Positions 1-9,031 are shown, counted from the stretch's first letter. The stretch: DNA of 24,766 nt from Candidatus Iainarchaeum sp. (GCA_043812975.1 JBDRLP010000060.1:1-24766); one strand, 5' to 3'. A program made the numbers and translations. Notes: generated by a model from the letters alone, not told the origin.

Positions 1-129
1 CATGCAGCTATATTGGCATTGGAAATGAACAAACCCTGTTTGGTGGGGACAAAGTTTGCCACAAAGATATTTAAGGAGGGGGATTTAATTGAATTGGATG
101 CAAATAAGGGGAAGGCATCAAAAATATGA
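1..129 (+). CDS. 3' end of a PEP-utilising enzyme mobile (phospho-His swivel) domain protein, partial
   Basis: Frame 1 reads HAAILALEMNKPCLVGTKFATKIFKEGDLIELDANKGKASKI* (TGA 127-129). This matches the HAAIxAREx3PCxVGTxxAT...GDxxExDA pattern of PEP-utiliser mobile domains. Confidence 0.85.
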   Translation, partial: HAAILALEMNKPCLVGTKFATKIFKEGDLIELDANKGKASKI

Positions 130-151
130 GTTAAAATTGCTGCAATCTTGA

Positions 152-285
152 AAAAAAAGAAAAGCCAAAGAACCCAAAATTGAAATAGAAATCAAATAGA
201 AAGAAATCCAGAATTGGCTGAGTTAATCAGAAAAGAAATGCTGTGGCATTTCAATAAATCTTCTAATGAAAATGAAAAACCATAA
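152..285 (+). pseudogene. Frameshifted C-terminal remnant of the wHTH regulator family found at 3907-8950
   Basis: AKEPKIEIEIK (164-196), then after a 1-nt shift IERNPELAELIRKEMLWHF...* (196-285). Aligns with paralog ends such as LEIEMKITQNPQLAEIARQNI and AEIEVTITKNQELASMI. Confidence 0.6.
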
Positions 286-307
286 ACTATTTGAAACAAA
301 TGTCTCA

Positions 308-343
308 CAACCGTTGGTCGGTTGACGCCCTTCGGGCGGCGTC
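308..343. other. GC-rich tandem hairpins in an AT-rich intergenic region
   Basis: CAACCG(308-313)/CGGTTG(319-324) and GACGCC(324-329)/GGCGTC(338-343), with an alternative CGCCC-TTC-GGGCG stem. Confidence 0.5.
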
Positions 344-467
344 CACTTCACTTTGGCTCAGTAGGACTTATTATAATATATTCTCTCTTTTTTGTTTGAT
401 TTTTAGCGTTTTTTTGCTCAAACGCTAGTTTTTTATATTTGGTTTCAGTTACTCTTAATGATTATTT

Positions 468-1241
468 ATGGATGAAAGAACCAAAACAGGTATTGAAGGT
501 CTTGATAAGGCTTTGAACGGCGGTGTGCCTAAAAGGAATATTGTTCTTGTTTCAGGCGGGGCAGGTACAGGTAAGTCTACTCTTGCTATGCAGTTTTTAG
601 TTAATGGTGCCAAGCTTTTTGGTGAAAAGGGTCTTTATATTTCTACTGAGCAGCAGAAGAAGGAATTGTATAGGGCTGCAGAATCTTATGGTTGGGATTT
701 AGAGTCTTTGGAAACTAATGGTTTGATTAAGATTGTTTATTTTGATGTTGTTGAAACTGATGGTTTCCTAGAGAAGTTGTATGAACTTTACACGACTTTC
801 ATGCCAAAAAGAGTTGTAATTGATTCACTAACAACTTTAACAGATTCTTTGTTAGTTTCTGGTATGGGTGAGAAGGAAGCCTTCTCAATGGTTCAGATTG
901 CTGAATCAGTTTCTCCAATCCCAAGAACCGAGAGAATTGTTTCCAAGACCCTGCTTTACCATTTAATGAAAAAACTCAGATTATTCGATTCAACGATTAT
1001 GTTGACTTCTGAATTGTTGGAAGGAGAAAAGGGACTCAGTGCAGATCAAATATCAGAATTCATCTGTGATGGGGTATTGATGTTGCATTATCTTGGTATT
1101 GCTGGTGCAGATTTGCGTACTATGCAAATTAGAAAAATGAGGTATACAGAGCATATCAAAAGTTATTTACCTTATACTATAGTTAAGAATAAAGGTTTAG
1201 ATGTGGATGCTGCCGAAGCTATGGATGTCCTAATGAAGTGA
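468..1241 (+). CDS. KaiC/RAD55-like RecA-superfamily ATPase (single domain)
   Basis: TGIEGLDKALNGGVP N-terminus, Walker A GGAGTGKST, Walker B RVVIDS, LTSE, ICDGVLML and RTMQIRKMR motifs. Confidence 0.92.
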   Translation: MDERTKTGIEGLDKALNGGVPKRNIVLVSGGAGTGKSTLAMQFLVNGAKLFGEKGLYISTEQQKKELYRAAESYGWDLESLETNGLIKIVYFDVVETDGFLEKLYELYTTFMPKRVVIDSLTTLTDSLLVSGMGEKEAFSMVQIAESVSPIPRTERIVSKTLLYHLMKKLRLFDSTIMLTSELLEGEKGLSADQISEFICDGVLMLHYLGIAGADLRTMQIRKMRYTEHIKSYLPYTIVKNKGLDVDAAEAMDVLMK

Positions 1242-1879
1242 TATCTATGTATAGTTTAATCTCAAAACTTTTAGTAACAGGAAAATTAAAATTTGAACCA
1301 GGTAAAATTACTGCTTTTAATGACCCATTTGCTTTAATTGATTTAGATTCTTTAAAAGCAATGACTGATGATGCTATTGTAGAAGGGGGTAACAGAATTT
1401 CAGATTTATATTTTTATGGGTGGGTATTTGGGTATAACACAACTAGAAATATGATTAGTTTGTTAAAACTTAAGAAATTTGAAGAACGTTATAAAATTTC
1501 AATGGACGTAATTGGTTTATTGGGTTTTGGAGATTATCAAACTATTAGCTTTCAACGCGCCAATCATGCAAAATTTAAAGTTATCGGGAATCCTTTTGCT
1601 TTATTATATCATCCTAGTAATTCATTGGTTTGTCATTATATTAGAGGTATGGAGGCAGGGGGTGGAACTCTAGTGCATGAATCTTTAATGGATAATATTG
1701 AAACTGAATGTGCTGCACAAAATGGAAATCACTGTGTTCACGCAAATTTAAATCAAGAAAAAATCGATGCGCTTGACAAAAAATTAGTATCTTCTCAGAT
1801 GAATCGAGAATATGTTAAAAAAAGGCAAAAAAAACTCATTGAAAGTCATGGCGATAATCCTTCTAGATTTGGGTTGTAG
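1238..1879 (+). CDS. V4R (4-vinyl reductase-like) ligand-binding domain protein
   Basis: GFGD motif plus CHYIRG...ETECAAQNGNHC cysteine pattern of V4R; GTGA overlap with the ATPase stop codon. Confidence 0.75.
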   Translation: MISMYSLISKLLVTGKLKFEPGKITAFNDPFALIDLDSLKAMTDDAIVEGGNRISDLYFYGWVFGYNTTRNMISLLKLKKFEERYKISMDVIGLLGFGDYQTISFQRANHAKFKVIGNPFALLYHPSNSLVCHYIRGMEAGGGTLVHESLMDNIETECAAQNGNHCVHANLNQEKIDALDKKLVSSQMNREYVKKRQKKLIESHGDNPSRFGL

Positions 1880-1907
1880 TAAAACGAATAATTGCTTGGT
1901 TTTACAT

Positions 1908-2810
1908 ATGGAAAAATTTTTTTCACAGGTTGCAAAGGAAAATTTTATTCTTAACTTACTGTTATTAGGGAGGCCATGGAACGGATTAATTATTGGGTTA
2001 TTTTCAATTATTGGTTTTTTATATTTTTCGCCTTTTAATCTAAATTTGATTTTGTCGTTATTTTTTGTTTTTTTTCTTCAATATTTTGGAGGCACTATAT
2101 TAAACGATTTAGCAGATTATTCTGCAGATAAAATTAATATGCCTTATAGGCCTTTGGAAAAAGGACTTGTAACTAAAAAGCAGGCTTTAATTTTAGCAAT
2201 TATTTCTTACTCAAGTAGTTTTTTGATTGCGTTTTTTACCTCGCAATATTTATTTGTTAGTTCTTTAGTTTTCTTCTTTTTTAGCATAATCTATTCAGTT
2301 AAACCTTTTAGATTAGTTAGTAGAGGTTTTTTTGGAAATTTTACTTTAGGTTTAGTTACTGTTTTTATCCCTTCTATTTCTGGAGCAATAATTGGATTGT
2401 CTAGTTTATTAGTTCCTGAGTGGTTTTTAATTTCATTTTTTGCATTTTCTCTTGTTTTTTCATTTTTGAGTATAGCTAAAGATTTTAAAGATATTAAAGG
2501 GGATCAAGAATCTAATAAATTAACTTTTACAATAAAACACGGGGTAAAAAAATCAATATTGGTGATGTTATTTGGAGCGTTAATTTTTTCTGTAATTTTT
2601 ATTTATTATAATCTTAAATTAGGAGTCTTTTTCATTTTTTCTTCATTTGTCTTTTTAGCTTTGGTTGTATATTTTAGTATAGGATTAATGAATGTTGGCA
2701 TTAATACAAATACTCAGAGATATGATGGGTTTTTCACAAATTTGAGAGTACTCATATTTTTTTATTCTTTAGTAATTTTAATTGTTTCATATCTTAAATT
2801 TATCCAATAA
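1908..2810 (+). CDS. UbiA-family prenyltransferase (DGGGP synthase/chlorophyll synthase-like motifs)
   Basis: NDLADYSADKINMPYRPL and KDFKDIKGD aspartate-rich motifs, multiple hydrophobic helices. Start moved to ATG 1908 to avoid a 68-bp overlap with the V4R gene. Confidence 0.88.
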   Translation: MEKFFSQVAKENFILNLLLLGRPWNGLIIGLFSIIGFLYFSPFNLNLILSLFFVFFLQYFGGTILNDLADYSADKINMPYRPLEKGLVTKKQALILAIISYSSSFLIAFFTSQYLFVSSLVFFFFSIIYSVKPFRLVSRGFFGNFTLGLVTVFIPSISGAIIGLSSLLVPEWFLISFFAFSLVFSFLSIAKDFKDIKGDQESNKLTFTIKHGVKKSILVMLFGALIFSVIFIYYNLKLGVFFIFSSFVFLALVVYFSIGLMNVGINTNTQRYDGFFTNLRVLIFFYSLVILIVSYLKFIQ

Positions 2811-2812
2811 GC

Positions 2813-3865
2813 GTGGTAATTATGGTAAAAATAAACTTTTCAAAATTGGAGCTTGGTTATGATGTAGTTGTGATTGGTGGCGGTGCTGCTGGTTGTTCAT
2901 TTCTTAGTAATATTTCCGATGAAAAATATAATGTTTTGTTAGTTGACTATCGCTCATTTCCTAGATTTAAAGCTTGTAGTGGGATTTTGGTTAATAACGC
3001 TAAAAAGTACTTTGATGGAATTAATATTCCTAGTTCAATTATGGCTAAACCAGTCGATTTACATTTAACTTATCAGGATTGGACTCATAATAAAGAGAAT
3101 AAAGTTGAGAAACATTTTGTAAATACTTATAGAAAAAAATTAGATGAATTGCTTTTTTCTGAAGTTAAAAAAAGAAATATTTCTATTTTGGAAGAAACAA
3201 AATTAATAGATTTTTTTTATACAAAAGATAAAAAGCACACTGTTGTTGTTTTAGAATCTAATGGGATGACCAAGTCAATCGTAACTAAGAATTTAATTGG
3301 TTGTGATGGGGCATTATCCCTTGTTAGAAAAAAAATATATCCAAGAAATATTCCTTATTATGTTGCAATGCAAGAAACAATCCCTGATCATAAAATTGAC
3401 CGGGCTTTTTTCATTTTTGATGAAGATATTACTGATTTTTATTGTTGGTTAATTCCTAAAGATGACGGAGTAGAAATAGGAGCTGCAGTTTCTCCATTTA
3501 AAGCAAGAGAAACATTCCAAAAATTTAAGAAAAAAGTAGCTGAAAAAACAGGAATAAAAGGAGACGGAAAAATAGAATCTGCAATAATATTGCGCCCTGA
3601 ATCATCTTCTGATTTTTTCTTAGGGGAAAATTCAGTTTTTCTTTGTGGAGAAGCAGCTGGTTTGATAAGTCCAAGTAGCGCTGAAGGGATAAGTTATGCT
3701 TTAATTAGCGGAAAATTATGTGCTGAAGCTTTAAACTCTGAAGAAAAAAATCCTATTGTAAGTTATAAGAAAAAATGTAAAACACTTCTTGATCGATTAA
3801 ATGAGAAACTCCTTAAATCTAAAAAAATTAGCCATTCTAAAAACAGAAAAACTCTTTTTTCATAA
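2813..3865 (+). CDS. FAD-dependent oxidoreductase, geranylgeranyl-reductase superfamily, CbrA(YidS)-like
   Basis: GGGAAG Rossmann motif, KACSG, GCDGALSLVR, YCWLIPK, GEAAGLISPSSAEGISYAL. ATG 2822 is an alternative start. Confidence 0.82.
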   Translation: MVIMVKINFSKLELGYDVVVIGGGAAGCSFLSNISDEKYNVLLVDYRSFPRFKACSGILVNNAKKYFDGINIPSSIMAKPVDLHLTYQDWTHNKENKVEKHFVNTYRKKLDELLFSEVKKRNISILEETKLIDFFYTKDKKHTVVVLESNGMTKSIVTKNLIGCDGALSLVRKKIYPRNIPYYVAMQETIPDHKIDRAFFIFDEDITDFYCWLIPKDDGVEIGAAVSPFKARETFQKFKKKVAEKTGIKGDGKIESAIILRPESSSDFFLGENSVFLCGEAAGLISPSSAEGISYALISGKLCAEALNSEEKNPIVSYKKKCKTLLDRLNEKLLKSKKISHSKNRKTLFS

Positions 3866-3906
3866 TTTATTTTTTAAAATCAACTGAATTAAAGAAACAT
3901 TGAAAG

Positions 3907-4779
3907 TCATTTTTTTACCTTATTAAATTGAATGATTTGTTTTCTTAAATATTCTTTTCTATATTCGTCTGCTAAACTGCTATTTTTAGTAACTATTGCA
4001 TCCATTTTTCCTTTGTATTCTCTCATTAAGTATAAATGTTTTCCTAAACCAAATTCCACAACTTTTTTTGGGAGCTTGTTTTGTATGCTCCAAAGTTTTC
4101 TGAAAGTTGGATCATAAATGAGTTCAGTTATGTAATCCCCTACTATTATTTTATCGCTTAATTTTGTGGAGCAACCAGTTATTCCAAATTTAATTTCTTT
4201 TGCTCCGTAGGATTTAAGAGTTTCTCCGAATAATTTGTCAACCTCATTATTTTCTTCAACTCTAATAAACCAATCATTTTGTTTAAAGACTTTTTTTAAT
4301 CCTGTTAAATGTTTTTCTTCTAATCCAACAACTGAATAACATAGTCTCCAAAGTGCTAAACTTGATTTATTTTCTGGATTTGGAGTATCCATTGCTTTAT
4401 CAATTAAAAACCATCCAAGATCAAGAATTCCATTAAAAGAAAGATTAATTGATTGTCCTTCTTTCATATTTTCAAGATCAATTTCTTTTTCTTTCTTGAA
4501 TTTTTCAGTAAAATGGTCCGCTTTTTTTCTAAATTGTTCTACCCAATTAGGATTTATAGAGTAACTGCTGTTAGTTTTTAACAAAACATCTTCTTCTAAC
4601 ATTTGCTTTAAAGTTTTATGCGTTGCTTGATAAGAATTAGTAATTCCAAAATGTCTTTGAAGCTGCGAATGTATCTGTTTAGCTGTAAGAGATTTTTCAT
4701 TTGAAAGTAATTCAATAATCTTTTGTTTAGTAGAAGCACTTTCTGGATTTAATTTTAAGAGTGAGAGTTCGTTGATTAT
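3907..4779 (-). CDS. wHTH regulator paralog 6 (290 aa, apparent ATA start)
   Basis: The frame stays open 59 codons upstream of the tracked ATG 4602: IINELSLLKLNPESASTKQKIIELLSNEKSLTAKQIHSQLQRHFGITNSYQATHKTLKQ, the family wHTH. ATA (4777-4779) overlaps the upstream TAA. Confidence 0.75.
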   Translation of the reverse strand: MINELSLLKLNPESASTKQKIIELLSNEKSLTAKQIHSQLQRHFGITNSYQATHKTLKQMLEEDVLLKTNSSYSINPNWVEQFRKKADHFTEKFKKEKEIDLENMKEGQSINLSFNGILDLGWFLIDKAMDTPNPENKSSLALWRLCYSVVGLEEKHLTGLKKVFKQNDWFIRVEENNEVDKLFGETLKSYGAKEIKFGITGCSTKLSDKIIVGDYITELIYDPTFRKLWSIQNKLPKKVVEFGLGKHLYLMREYKGKMDAIVTKNSSLADEYRKEYLRKQIIQFNKVKK

Positions 4780-5636
4780 TGCGCATCGACTCCGAAGTAT
4801 TTTTCTTTTAGCTGATTGAATATCATTGATGCTAGTTCTTGATTTTTCGTTATTGTTACTTCTATTTCTGCAGGGGTTTTCGAGATTTCTTGTTTTGCAT
4901 AATGCTTAAATAGATCTCCAAGGTCTTTTGTGTTGTTATAAACGTCATCCAGCATTTTTTTTGTTTTTTCTGAGTAATTAACTTCTACTATATAGTCGCC
5001 ATGTATTATGAAATCTTTTTTAAGATTCATTTTTTGTCCTGCCTTTATCCCTATAAAACCTGCTGCCTTGTATTGTTTTGCAATCCATCTGTCAAATGGT
5101 GAATCGCTTTCAAATATCCCGTATCCTCCAGAGTTGTTTTTCATCATGTTTATTAGTAAAGTAAAGTCCATAAATTTGAATTCCAATGGCCACCAAGCGT
5201 GTCTCAAGACCCCCATTCCTGTTGAAGGGTTTGTTTGAACTAGTTTTTTATCAGTAAAAAGCTGTGCAAGTTCCGTGCACATTTCACTGTAGTTATCAAA
5301 GAACCAAGTTTCTGTTCTATTTTCCTTTTCAGGAATTATATGGGTTTTTCCATTTTCTGAATATTTATCTTCAATGTTTTGTGCAATTTTTTTCAGGTTT
5401 TTTATCCAATTATGGCTTAGTTTGTATCCTTTTTCTTCTTTTGTTATTATTTCTTCTTGTGAAAGTTCCATTATAACCTTATGAATACCTTGATACGAGA
5501 TTTCTTTCCCAATTATTTTTTTATACCGGTTATAAATCTCTTTTCCACTCAAAGGCCATTCTTCAATGAGGAGTGAAATTACTCCATCCTTAGTTCCCTT
5601 GCTGTTGGCTGTTAACTGAACAAGTTCATTAATCAT
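4776..5636 (-). CDS. wHTH regulator paralog 5
   Basis: WPLSGKEIY...SYQGIHK wHTH; C-terminal RHAWWP, SPFDR, DFIIHGD, TKNQELA; ATGA overlap. Confidence 0.8.
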   Translation of the reverse strand: MINELVQLTANSKGTKDGVISLLIEEWPLSGKEIYNRYKKIIGKEISYQGIHKVIMELSQEEIITKEEKGYKLSHNWIKNLKKIAQNIEDKYSENGKTHIIPEKENRTETWFFDNYSEMCTELAQLFTDKKLVQTNPSTGMGVLRHAWWPLEFKFMDFTLLINMMKNNSGGYGIFESDSPFDRWIAKQYKAAGFIGIKAGQKMNLKKDFIIHGDYIVEVNYSEKTKKMLDDVYNNTKDLGDLFKHYAKQEISKTPAEIEVTITKNQELASMIFNQLKEKYFGVDAQ

Positions 5637-6463
5637 TTATGTTCCTCCATTTGTTTTTTGATGTTTTGTCTTGCTATTTCTGCTAGTTGTGGATTTTGAG
5701 TTATTTTCATTTCGATTTCTAAATCATTTGTATTATTTTTCATGTATTGTTTGAATAAGTCTGTTATGCTAAAGACATTTTGGTAAATTTTATCAAGTTT
5801 TTGTTTTGTTTCCTCAGAATATTTAACTTGAATAATTGTATGGCCTTGGACCATAATATCTTCATTCACATCAATATCTGCGCCAATAATTGCCTCTGAC
5901 CATTTCGCGATTCCATAATATTTTTTTATGAGTTTGTCGAAAGAAGAATTCCCTTGACAAATAACATGCGGTTTTGAAATAGCTCCAACACTTTTGCATA
6001 ATTCAAAATCCTTGAAACTGAATTTTAAAGGCCAGAAGAGATGCCTAGTCATAGCATAAACTTCAGTGTATTTTGGGCCGGCTAGTTTAGTGGAATTAAA
6101 CATATTTCCTAAAGCTAATGGAAAATCAGTATAATTATTGAATTTTAAAGTTTTTTCTTCATTAATAATTTGTTCATTTTCTTCATATGACAAATTAAGG
6201 CTATCAAAATAGTTTTTCGATTTTCCAATCCATTCTTTTGATAATTGGTATTTTTTATCAATTGATTGTATTGCTCCGTGGGATTCTAGTTCTTGGATGT
6301 TTTTGTGGGTTGCTTGATAAGTTGTGTTCAATCCTTGTTCTCTGATTAATGAGTTGTGTATTTCCTTTGCAGAAAGAGGCCACCTATTACCAAGAGTATG
6401 AATAATCAGTTCTTTTGTTGACTTAGTTTTGGGATCTAATGAAAGGAGTTCAATTTGGTTCAC
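5633..6463 (-). CDS. wHTH regulator paralog 4
   Basis: WPLSAKEIH...TYQATHK; RHLFWP, SSFDK, DIMVQG, TQNPQLA; GTGA overlap. Confidence 0.8.
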   Translation of the reverse strand: MNQIELLSLDPKTKSTKELIIHTLGNRWPLSAKEIHNSLIREQGLNTTYQATHKNIQELESHGAIQSIDKKYQLSKEWIGKSKNYFDSLNLSYEENEQIINEEKTLKFNNYTDFPLALGNMFNSTKLAGPKYTEVYAMTRHLFWPLKFSFKDFELCKSVGAISKPHVICQGNSSFDKLIKKYYGIAKWSEAIIGADIDVNEDIMVQGHTIIQVKYSEETKQKLDKIYQNVFSITDLFKQYMKNNTNDLEIEMKITQNPQLAEIARQNIKKQMEEHK

Positions 6464-7299
6464 TTTGTTTTCACCCTGAATTCTTTGAGCGTGTTTCTTC
6501 TTATTTCTTCGGCTATTTTTGGGTTGTGGATTACAAGGATTTTGTGTTTGAATTGTGTTTCGAATAGTGTGTTGAATATTTCTGAAATGTTCAGGTTTGT
6601 GAGACTTTTTGTCGCCTTGGAAAATTGGTCGTAAAGCTTTTTTCCCTTATAGTCAAAGTAGACATAAGCTATAAAATCGCCTTGAACAAGCGTGTCGGGC
6701 GTAAATGGTAGTTCTTTCCCGGTCTTTACTTTTGTTCCATGCTTTTCAAAGGCTTTTATGGCCATCTTGTCAAGGGGAGTGTTGGATGCAGCCAGAATGT
6801 ATGATTTTGTTGTTGTGAGGAATTCTTTTAAGCGCCTGAACTGGTTGTTTGACAGGGCTAATGTCGGCCATATGTGGTAAGTAAGGCTAGTATATGGGTC
6901 TTTATTTGGGTTTGGGAGAGTGCTGAATTCAAATAATACGAACTCCGCTATTTCAATGAATGTGTCAAACTCAAAGTACAATATTTTTTTCTCCCGCAGT
7001 TCCTCTGCATTTAAGGTTTTTGCTGTTTTTTCAATATTTTCCAGATGTTTTTTTGTATTCGCAATCCAGTTTATTTCAATGGTGTATTGGTGATTGTATT
7101 CTTTGAGTATTCCTGTTATTTGCATTTCTTTAAGCATTTTATGAACTGCTTGGTAAGATGAATTGTTAGCATACTGGCTTTTCAGTTCCGAATGAATCTG
7201 CTTGGCGCTGAGAGATTGCCTTTCGCCCAAAAGGCTGAGAATGTTGCTCTTGGTTGAGGTCTTGCCATTGCGTTTTTCCAACAGTAACTCGTTAATCAT
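6460..7299 (-). CDS. wHTH regulator paralog 3
   Basis: SLSAKQIH...SYQAVHK; YHIWP, TPLDK, DTLVQGD, HNPKIA. Start set at MINELL (7299) because of the ATGA overlap and upstream GGGAGG. Confidence 0.8.
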   Translation of the reverse strand: MINELLLEKRNGKTSTKSNILSLLGERQSLSAKQIHSELKSQYANNSSYQAVHKMLKEMQITGILKEYNHQYTIEINWIANTKKHLENIEKTAKTLNAEELREKKILYFEFDTFIEIAEFVLFEFSTLPNPNKDPYTSLTYHIWPTLALSNNQFRRLKEFLTTTKSYILAASNTPLDKMAIKAFEKHGTKVKTGKELPFTPDTLVQGDFIAYVYFDYKGKKLYDQFSKATKSLTNLNISEIFNTLFETQFKHKILVIHNPKIAEEIRRNTLKEFRVKTK

Positions 7300-8126
7300 T
7301 TCGCCGCCTCCCATGCTGTTTTGATTTCTTTTTTGAGGTGATTTGCAAGTTCACGGTCTTTGGTTATGATGATTTTTATTGTTCCTTTTTCTTCAAACAT
7401 TTGTTCAGGGTAGTTTTTTGTGAAAGCATCTATAGAATCTTTAACTTCGGTTGTAGCTTTTTTTACCATTGATTTTATTTTCTCTGGAAAATAAATCTGA
7501 TAAACTCTGTTGTCACTTACAACTATGTCGCAATTGCTCTCATAGTCAACTCCTAGTTTGACTTTATGTCCGATAGTTTTGTATGCCATAGAGGTAAACT
7601 TATCGACAAGCGTATTTCCTTTACATGCCATAATGCATTTTGTTTCTCCTGTTTTTTTGAACCAGTAATACTCATCTTTTTGCAAGGTAAAAATCCACCA
7701 CATATGATTATGAAATGAAACTGGATCTTTATAGGTTTTATTGTCAACTTCATCAGCAAATAACTCAAGCAATGTTCTTCCAAATTCGTGATAAGACTTG
7801 CAGTTTATAACTCTGATTTTCTTTTCCCCTTCGTTATTTTTTGTGATTCTTTCTTCAAGATCATCAAGCATTCTTTTGCTGTTTTTAACCCAATCTAGTT
7901 TTATAGAATATTTGTTGTCTATTTTGCCAACCATGCCTTCATTTTCAAGTTCAATAGTTGTCTTATGGATTGCTTGATAAGAAATATCGCTTGTAAATTC
8001 CTTGTGGATTTTGTTAAAAATTTCTTTAGCACTTAATGGCCATTCATTGCCAAGTATGTGCATAATCTGATCCTTTGTTGTTTTTGATTTAGTGCCTAAA
8101 CCTAAAGGGTTTATTGTGATATTCAT
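7296..8126 (-). CDS. wHTH regulator paralog 2
   Basis: WPLSAKEIF...SYQAIHK; HNHMWW, TLVDK, DIVVSD, TKDRELA; ATGA overlap. Confidence 0.8.
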   Translation of the reverse strand: MNITINPLGLGTKSKTTKDQIMHILGNEWPLSAKEIFNKIHKEFTSDISYQAIHKTTIELENEGMVGKIDNKYSIKLDWVKNSKRMLDDLEERITKNNEGEKKIRVINCKSYHEFGRTLLELFADEVDNKTYKDPVSFHNHMWWIFTLQKDEYYWFKKTGETKCIMACKGNTLVDKFTSMAYKTIGHKVKLGVDYESNCDIVVSDNRVYQIYFPEKIKSMVKKATTEVKDSIDAFTKNYPEQMFEEKGTIKIIITKDRELANHLKKEIKTAWEAAK

Positions 8127-8950
8127 TTTTTCACCTTTGATTCTTCATAAAGTTCTTTTGCTTCTTCAAGTAATGTGTCTGCAAGTTCTTTGTTTTTGAA
8201 GATTGTTACTTTTATTTCGCTTTTTCTTGTTCCAAATTCAAAGAGTTTCTGTATGTCAAAATCTTTTTCGCTTTTGGTTTCGGAATAAATGTTTTCCATT
8301 TCCTCTGAAAGTTCTTTTGGGAAGTACACCTGCATTATTTTGTTTCCTTCTGTGAAAGTGTCTATTTTTGCAGAGTAATCTTTTCCAACAACGATTTTTT
8401 TGCCAAGTTTTTCAACGTAATCCATTGTCATTTTATCAAGAAAAGTATCGCATGTGCATATGTTGTAATGGTTCCTGCTTGAGAAGAGCTTTTTCATTTT
8501 TTCATGCTCTTCCTGTGATGCTCCAGTCAAAGGATATGCGTGATGCCAGAAACATACGCATTCAACTGTTTTATCTGAAAAGTCCTCCGAGAAAAAATCA
8601 TTAATCAAAAATTTTCCCATTTCAATGTAAGAATTAAACTTGAGAAGAACCACGCCGTTCTGGGATTTTTCTTTCAGGTTGTTTTCCATGGTTTTGCTCA
8701 TGGAAGAAAGTTTTTTCACCCATGCAAAACTGACTTTGAACTTGTTGTTCTCTTTCTCAAGAACCTCTGTATCCTCAAGTTCCTTCAATGCCTTGAAAAT
8801 TGCCTGGTAGCTGCCAGAGAATGAGTGGTGTTTAACCATTTGGTTGTGAATTTCCTTTATGCTCAGCGGCCAGTTCTCTGAGAGAATTTGTATTATTTGG
8901 TTTTTAGTGCTTTTCTCGGCCAGTAAACCGAGACTGCTGGTCCCCGCCAT
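8123..8950 (-). CDS. wHTH regulator paralog 1 (first gene of the array)
   Basis: WPLSIKEIH...SYQAIFK; WHHAYP, TFLDK, DTFTEGN, FKNKELA. Confidence 0.8.
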   Translation of the reverse strand: MAGTSSLGLLAEKSTKNQIIQILSENWPLSIKEIHNQMVKHHSFSGSYQAIFKALKELEDTEVLEKENNKFKVSFAWVKKLSSMSKTMENNLKEKSQNGVVLLKFNSYIEMGKFLINDFFSEDFSDKTVECVCFWHHAYPLTGASQEEHEKMKKLFSSRNHYNICTCDTFLDKMTMDYVEKLGKKIVVGKDYSAKIDTFTEGNKIMQVYFPKELSEEMENIYSETKSEKDFDIQKLFEFGTRKSEIKVTIFKNKELADTLLEEAKELYEESKVKK

Positions 8951-8978
8951 CTAAATATACTTATGTAGAACAAAATGG

Positions 8979-9004
8979 TTATAAATCAACTTTTTGGTTG
9001 ATTT
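8979..9004. promoter_or_regulatory. Palindrome AAATCAAC-TTTTTG-GTTGATTT overlapping the minus-strand TATA box of the regulator array
   Basis: 8-bp inverted repeat at 8983-9004; minus-strand TTTATAA at 8979-8985, about 30 bp upstream of ATG 8950. Confidence 0.65.
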
Positions 9005-9031
9005 TTTGCTCGGCAAGGCGGTTTACAAACA

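Noticed and set aside
468..1241. Circadian kaiC or radA/radB call
   Set aside because: Single domain, no kaiA/kaiB, no RadA N-terminal domain; only a family-level call is supported.
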